Below are positions 58,655 through 64,000 of a DNA stretch of 64,000 nucleotides, one piece after another. This DNA is from Staphylococcus phage vB_Sau_P68, in the sequence record OL741057.1; one strand, given 5' to 3'. The notes under the pieces are model-generated. The model made no database searches and was not told where the DNA came from. It saw nothing but the letters and a program-made list of their open reading frames with translations. The position numbers and the translations under genes are program-made. Numbering within the stretch: position 1 is the stretch's first letter; each line of letters starts with the position of its first letter.

Positions 58655-60418
58655 TTAGGCTTGTAATGTTTGTTGCTTGTAAACCAAGCTAACAGAGATT
58701 TTCTTGAAGCTTCTGATTGGGTAAACTGTCATTGAAATTCTTGCTTTGTTACCTTCAACAATAACTTGTACGTCTTCAGCAGGGAAGTCTTGAATTTCAT
58801 TATCACGTTTCTTACGACCCAAGTAAGATTGGATAAAGTCTTTAATGATTGAAGCACTTGTATTGATAGTACGAGTACCAATGAATTGGTCTTCAAGTTG
58901 AACTTTAAGCTCACTTACTAAGAAGTCATTAGCTTCCCCAACAGCCATCTCAGCCTTAACTGGGTCTGACTTATCGTTGAATGTAGTTACGTCATCAACG
59001 ATTCTGAAGAATGTATTAGTACGGTTACGAACAAACTCGATACTAATAATACCATTTTCATTTAATTCATCTAAATCAATTGACTCGTATACTTGGTCTA
59101 ACGCACTTACACGTAATGGTTTGAAAGTGATTGATTCACCGATTTCTAAACCACTTGCAAGACCACCTAAAGCTACAGCTACCATATAAGCAGGTACGTG
59201 GTTTTTACGTCCATCATCCATAACAAAAGTACCTGAGTTAGCTACTAATGATACACGAGGATTAGATAATGATGCTTGTCTACCGAACAACTGTTCTTTA
59301 GATTCATTAAATCCTCCGCCAACAATAGCTCTCATTGGTTCTCCTGCGTCAGAACGTTCTTTAACGAAAGCAGATACCTCTGCATGAACTGATTGTTTAG
59401 ATGATAATGGGACAATGTAGTATCCGCCTTCATGTGCAAATTTCTCTAATTTATCTGCCCATGTAGCAGGTGGTTCACCGTTAGTACCGCCTTTTAACTT
59501 AGTTAATTCGAAAGGCTCAATAGTTCTAATAGGTGAAGTAGCTGTTACTGTAGCTGATTCTTCTCCTGCTTCAACCTCTACATTACTTGGTACTTCTCCT
59601 TCTGCATTAAGTTGCTCGAAAGATACAATACCATTATAAGCTGTTTGTTTTTCTAAGTCACCGAAGACTGCTTTAACGTATACAGCTTTATCTTTAATAT
59701 TTACATCTGATGCTTTATCTAATTTACTAGATTCTAAGTTTTTATCTCCGAAAGGTGATAACTTAGCTTCAAAATCAGGTAATTGATTAATGTCTGTAAT
59801 AATAGCGTTAGTATAGTCATAAGCACCGCTAGTTAAGTCATATGATTTAACTTCTTGGTCTCCGACTTTTAATACCAAACGACTTGCTTTTTGAGTTTCT
59901 TCATCATGTTCTACAGAGAAAGTTGCGTTAGCTTCTTCTCCTTTGTACTTGATTGTGAAGATATTACCGATATTATCATAAACTTCATTGAAACGGTCAT
60001 CTTGGAAAATTACTCTTAAACGTAATGAATCACTTAATGTATTCTTTTCCAATCCTACTTGAATGTTATTAGCAACATTACCGTAGATTTGAGATGTTAT
60101 TTTTAATCCGCCAGCTTCTACTGAAGCAGGTTTAGCATCCTCAGTACGCATAGCTAAAATCTTACCTGCTGTATAGTTAGGGTTAGAACCCCATGCTAAT
60201 TCAATTGCATCAAGTAATTCTCCTGAACGGAATAAACGTTTAGCTTGTGCATAGTTACGTAATTCATAAACTGTATTTGGTTCTCCGCCTTCTGCTGAAC
60301 CGATTAAGCAAAATACTTTTTCACTTGAACCTGCTGAGCCACCGATACCTGAAGTATCTACTTCAATAGATGCATGAGGGCGGGTAATAGGTCTTCTTGG
60401 GAATGGTTCTACTGCCAT
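58655..60418 (-). CDS. tail sheath protein (587 aa)
   Basis: Its size and position immediately upstream of the tail tube gene match a myovirus sheath protein. Confidence 0.7.
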   Translation of the reverse strand: MAVEPFPRRPITRPHASIEVDTSGIGGSAGSSEKVFCLIGSAEGGEPNTVYELRNYAQAKRLFRSGELLDAIELAWGSNPNYTAGKILAMRTEDAKPASVEAGGLKITSQIYGNVANNIQVGLEKNTLSDSLRLRVIFQDDRFNEVYDNIGNIFTIKYKGEEANATFSVEHDEETQKASRLVLKVGDQEVKSYDLTSGAYDYTNAIITDINQLPDFEAKLSPFGDKNLESSKLDKASDVNIKDKAVYVKAVFGDLEKQTAYNGIVSFEQLNAEGEVPSNVEVEAGEESATVTATSPIRTIEPFELTKLKGGTNGEPPATWADKLEKFAHEGGYYIVPLSSKQSVHAEVSAFVKERSDAGEPMRAIVGGGFNESKEQLFGRQASLSNPRVSLVANSGTFVMDDGRKNHVPAYMVAVALGGLASGLEIGESITFKPLRVSALDQVYESIDLDELNENGIISIEFVRNRTNTFFRIVDDVTTFNDKSDPVKAEMAVGEANDFLVSELKVQLEDQFIGTRTINTSASIIKDFIQSYLGRKKRDNEIQDFPAEDVQVIVEGNKARISMTVYPIRSFKKISVSLVYKQQTLQA

Positions 60419-60444
60419 ATTTAATTCTCCTTATCTGAATGTTA

Positions 60445-60660
60445 TTATATATCTAATTTCCTACCTAAGTACTTCTCTAATGAGGGTAAGAATTCTTGCT
60501 CACTAAACAAATAATGACTACCTTCCATATAAGCTTTAAATCCTGCTACTTGTGAATCCCTCATATTAAAAAGGGTTTTTGCAGTATCAAGGAATGTATC
60601 TATATGAACATAACCATTAAATTTAGGAGTGTTATTTTCAGGTGTCTTTTTTCTAGCCAT
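60445..60660 (-). CDS. hypothetical virion protein (71 aa)
   Basis: ORF track. Confidence 0.4.
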   Translation of the reverse strand: MARKKTPENNTPKFNGYVHIDTFLDTAKTLFNMRDSQVAGFKAYMEGSHYLFSEQEFLPSLEKYLGRKLDI

Positions 60661-60661
60661 C

Positions 60662-61498
60662 CTACTTCCAATCCTTTCTTTCTTTAAAAGTTAGTTTATT
60701 AATATCTTGTGTAATAGTATAATCCAAGTCTAGAGAACTTGTGTACTTAATAATTGTTGGTCTCCCAAAAATCATTGAGTCACCTTCTTCTATTATTGGA
60801 GCAATATCACCAAAGGACAAATTCTGTAATTGGAATGTTTGTTGCTCTTCTATACTATCTCTCATAGATATTAAAATCATTTTTAATACAGCATCTAAAC
60901 ATCGTGCAACATCTACATTAAATGATAGACCTACAACTGTTACTTGTTCTTCAACTGTGAATCCTTTTACTAAACCTTTTGAATCATTTTTCTTTTCAGT
61001 AAAGATAATGTTAGCATTATAATTCTCATAATCTTCATTAGTTTGGTATCTAAAGGATACTTTATTACCTTCTACTTTAAGATTATCAAATTTTGCAAAT
61101 TCAATATCTTCTACTTTTATTAACTCTCCTATAGGTTTAGAAACAGTAAAAACTAACTTATCATCTTCTCTTATTGCTGTAGAAGATTCGACTAAGGTAT
61201 CTCCTGTTGCCTCAAAGTAAGATGACTGAATACTCCCTAGAGAGTTTTTTGTCTCTTGTCCTTGACCTAACTGTATCAAGTAATGAGCTTCATAGTTATT
61301 TTTAAATTTTGGGAAGTTAAATCCTACCGTTACTTCATGTTGTGCATTTTTACCACAGAAAGCTTCTTTAAAGCTCTCTCTAGTTTGATAATCAAAGTCT
61401 TTTAAAACTTCATCTATAATATAACAATTCTCTAGCACAGTGTTAAGTCTAGGCTTTATTTCTGATAATAAATATGAATCAACTGATGTTATTGCCAT
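60662..61498 (-). CDS. neck/tail-completion structural protein (278 aa)
   Basis: Position between the head genes and the sheath gene. Confidence 0.4.
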   Translation of the reverse strand: MAITSVDSYLLSEIKPRLNTVLENCYIIDEVLKDFDYQTRESFKEAFCGKNAQHEVTVGFNFPKFKNNYEAHYLIQLGQGQETKNSLGSIQSSYFEATGDTLVESSTAIREDDKLVFTVSKPIGELIKVEDIEFAKFDNLKVEGNKVSFRYQTNEDYENYNANIIFTEKKNDSKGLVKGFTVEEQVTVVGLSFNVDVARCLDAVLKMILISMRDSIEEQQTFQLQNLSFGDIAPIIEEGDSMIFGRPTIIKYTSSLDLDYTITQDINKLTFKERKDWK

Positions 61499-61516
61499 TT
61501 AATACTAACCCTCCTT

Positions 61517-62137
61517 TTAATTTAAATTTTTCATCTTCCAGTTCATTAGTTGCTTAACAGTTTTTAAAGTTGTTTTAGAGAAATTATTCTCATTAACTTT
61601 ATCTCTATTAAGTATCCATGAATTAGCAGGTGATTTACTAGAAACAGTTCTAAATATAAAGTAAGAAGATTTCTTTCCTCTTTTAACTTTAGTCATGTTG
61701 TGAGTCATAGGTTCCGGTTTCATTGATGGGTGACTTACATTCTTTCTACGTCCTTCTAGATAATCAGTTATCTTAGAAGCTGAACCTGTGCCTTGATTTA
61801 CTTTTAGTTTTCTCATATCTTGATAAGTACTATTATTCATTCTACTAGTTTTAATACGGATTGGTACAGTTAAATACCATCCTCCGTCTTTACTAGTTTT
61901 CTTTTTAGATGAACGAGCAAATGCTTTTTTAAGGTCTACTACGCCTTCTTTTTCTAGCTTTTTCTCTGTTATTTGTATATAAGTAGGCATACGCTTAATA
62001 CTAGTATTCTCTACTTGCTGTGCTGTTGCTTGTAGCTTGTCAAGAACTTCTGAACGCATACCATCAATAGTTCTCTTACCTACCTGCTTATAGTTCTTAT
62101 TTTTAAATAAGTTAGGTCTCTTTCCGTGAACTGGCAT
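61517..62137 (-). CDS. neck/head-tail joining protein (206 aa)
   Basis: Position. Basic protein. Confidence 0.4.
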   Translation of the reverse strand: MPVHGKRPNLFKNKNYKQVGKRTIDGMRSEVLDKLQATAQQVENTSIKRMPTYIQITEKKLEKEGVVDLKKAFARSSKKKTSKDGGWYLTVPIRIKTSRMNNSTYQDMRKLKVNQGTGSASKITDYLEGRRKNVSHPSMKPEPMTHNMTKVKRGKKSSYFIFRTVSSKSPANSWILNRDKVNENNFSKTTLKTVKQLMNWKMKNLN

Positions 62138-63015
62138 TATTTAAATGCACCTCCGAAGAATCCACCTAAATTACTAGGGTTAGATGCTGAAGCTTTAGGG
62201 TCATCTACTTTAATTTCTAGGTCTTCTTCTATACCATCATTAACTTTATAAGGGTCTTGTAGTACAATAACATCTTCCCTTTTAAGAAGTAATTTTTGAG
62301 GTAAATTTTCAAATTTTGATTTAGGTTGATTAAACTTAGTATACTGATAACGACTTTCTTTTAGTATATCTGATACTACATATCTTAAAGTCATAAGTAT
62401 CTTTAATGTAACTGTATGGCTCTCATATTTTTCATTTAAATACAATCTGTTATTCTTAATTTCATAGTCTTCTTCGTAGACTGTACCGTCTTGAGTGGCT
62501 ATATAAGTTACTTCTTTTACATCGTAGTATAATGGTATACCTTTTCTAATTCTATCTTTATTTACAAAATAAATCATTTGTTGGGGCATTAACACTTCAG
62601 GAACAGTAAATCTATCTCTATAGGATATTCTCTTTTCTAATTGAGTTGTACCTAATGCAGTACCTGTATCTAATATCCCTATATCTAATTGGTTAGTTCC
62701 TTTCTCTTGAGACTGTATTGCCATTATAGTCTCTTTAGGAGGTAAATAAGCAATACCTTTACCATGACATCTAGGACAATCTACTCTAGGATGTCCTGTG
62801 TCAGGGTTAAGGCACGGGCAGAAATATGCTTCTTCCCATAGTACTTTTATGCCTCGGTCATTAATAAACCTAATCATATCAATAGTATCAAACTCTAGTC
62901 TAGTAGTATACTTAGGTTTATCTTGTTCATCTACTTGTGTTGTAGTAGTGTATGTTGTTGACTCATTAATAATATTAGGGTTAGAGTTGGCTCCTATCAT
63001 ATATGGTTTTTCCAT
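62137..63015 (-). CDS. structural protein with Cys4 zinc-ribbon motif (292 aa)
   Basis: CPCLNPDTGHPRVDCPRCHGKG. Confidence 0.4.
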   Translation of the reverse strand: MEKPYMIGANSNPNIINESTTYTTTTQVDEQDKPKYTTRLEFDTIDMIRFINDRGIKVLWEEAYFCPCLNPDTGHPRVDCPRCHGKGIAYLPPKETIMAIQSQEKGTNQLDIGILDTGTALGTTQLEKRISYRDRFTVPEVLMPQQMIYFVNKDRIRKGIPLYYDVKEVTYIATQDGTVYEEDYEIKNNRLYLNEKYESHTVTLKILMTLRYVVSDILKESRYQYTKFNQPKSKFENLPQKLLLKREDVIVLQDPYKVNDGIEEDLEIKVDDPKASASNPSNLGGFFGGAFK

Positions 63016-63028
63016 TTTCTAACCCTCC

Positions 63029-63937
63029 TTATAATCCTATCATATTATATCCAAAGTAGGCTCTTAAACCATCCAATAGTTCTTTTATATCAGAATCAAT
63101 TTGAATTATCTGAGCACTAGCTCCACCATACATAGCTGATTGAGTAGTTCCGATTGTTTCTGTAATACCGTCTACTTCTAATGTTTTATTAGCAATACCG
63201 GCACCAATGATTAAGTTACCCCATACTTGGTATATTTCTTTCAATGCATATTTTATAACTAGCTGTTCTAACTCAGGAGGCATCTCCCAAGGTTTATTTC
63301 TTCCTGCTTTTTTACGTGGAAGCATACCTGATACATATTCTAGTCGTATCATTTGAGGTGCAAATGTTGCTCCTGATGGTGGATATACACCTGCTAATTG
63401 AGGGTATCCATTGAATACAGCGTCATATGACATTGATTGTCCTGTTTGCATAAGTGCTGTAGGGAACAATTGAACATGACCGGCTAAATGCTCTACTTTC
63501 CACCAGTTAGCAGGGTATTTATATATAGGTCTACCATTAAATTGTAGCTGTAAGTTCTCTACCTGTAATATAGGTTTTCTGTAAGCATGTACAAACATAT
63601 AGCTATTAAACTCTGTCTCATGATAATCTCTCATCTCATGTTGAGTGTCAGGTAGTATAGAAATATCTAACGCTCTCTCAGCTTTACCTACTGCCCTTTC
63701 TAATATATGGTTATAAAACTCATCACCCATAGGCTGTCCTGTATCAGGGTTTTGTACTACAATACCGAACATATAAGCTTTAACTGCATCAGGTGACCAT
63801 CCATAATCAGCTAATGTTAAGTTATCTATCTCACTTACGTCTATATGTTTAGGGTTGCCATCAGGATGATAAGGATATTCATAGTTTAATGATTTTTCAT
63901 AAGGGTCTAAGTCCCCTCCAAACATTGAGTTAACCAT
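63029..63937 (-). CDS. virion structural protein (302 aa)
   Basis: ORF track. It has an AAGGGTGA RBS. Confidence 0.45.
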   Translation of the reverse strand: MVNSMFGGDLDPYEKSLNYEYPYHPDGNPKHIDVSEIDNLTLADYGWSPDAVKAYMFGIVVQNPDTGQPMGDEFYNHILERAVGKAERALDISILPDTQHEMRDYHETEFNSYMFVHAYRKPILQVENLQLQFNGRPIYKYPANWWKVEHLAGHVQLFPTALMQTGQSMSYDAVFNGYPQLAGVYPPSGATFAPQMIRLEYVSGMLPRKKAGRNKPWEMPPELEQLVIKYALKEIYQVWGNLIIGAGIANKTLEVDGITETIGTTQSAMYGGASAQIIQIDSDIKELLDGLRAYFGYNMIGL

Positions 63938-63949
63938 TTAATTCACCCT

Positions 63950-64000
63950 TTACTTATTTTCATCTTTTTTGGCTGTTGTTTTACGTGCTGTAGATTTTCT
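63950..64000 (-). CDS. C-terminal end (...RKSTARKTTAKKDENK*) of an upstream gene that continues beyond the window
   Basis: The frame is open from the window edge to TAA at 63950-63952. A second frame is also open, so the assignment is tentative. Confidence 0.3.
   Translation of the reverse strand, partial: RKSTARKTTAKKDENK

Overview
This 64 kb window looks like the replication and tail-morphogenesis half of a large, AT-rich, Twort-like/Kayvirus-like myovirus of staphylococci (Herelleviridae). That identification is inferred from gene content and protein sizes and cannot be confirmed without a database search. Every credible gene is on the minus strand, so gene order runs from high to low coordinates. 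From 64000 downwards the window holds neck proteins, the tail sheath, an interrupted tail tube gene, a homing-endonuclease-like gene and small ORFs. These are followed by tail assembly chaperones, a tape-measure protein with a C-terminal lytic transglycosylase domain, and a CHAP-domain tail lysin. Next come an NlpC/P60-like protein, baseplate proteins (LysM/gpX-like and Baseplate_J), a 1158-aa adsorption-associated tail protein and two receptor-binding proteins with small coiled-coil ORFs. The replication block follows: SF2 helicase, HTH/Rep-like protein, DnaB-like helicase, SbcD/SbcC, primase, a PD-(D/E)xK nuclease, NrdI-NrdE-NrdF, a thioredoxin-like protein and an HU-like protein. It ends with a family A DNA polymerase split by a group I intron carrying an HNH endonuclease, a RecA-like recombinase, a sigma-like factor, FN3/Big_2 Ig-like proteins, a metallophosphoesterase and a membrane protein. 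Transcription appears to run from one strand through highly stereotyped TTGACA-17-TATAnT promoters, with rho-independent terminators at module borders. The most unusual region is 57.3-58.3 kb. The tail tube ORF stops after 114 codons and is followed by about 830 nt of ORF-free, GC-elevated RNA containing two complete sets of group I intron core elements and a possible short terminal exon that ends at a strong terminator. Directly downstream is a free-standing gene whose product has a DUF559/Vsr-like PD-(D/E)xK nuclease motif plus homing-endonuclease DNA-binding modules, under a promoter overlapped by a perfect palindrome. Together these look like a multi-intron structural gene with an adjacent collaborative-homing endonuclease. 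The polymerase intron splice junction can be placed exactly and restores the ExoII motif HNGKYD. I found no CRISPR array, tRNA or rRNA.
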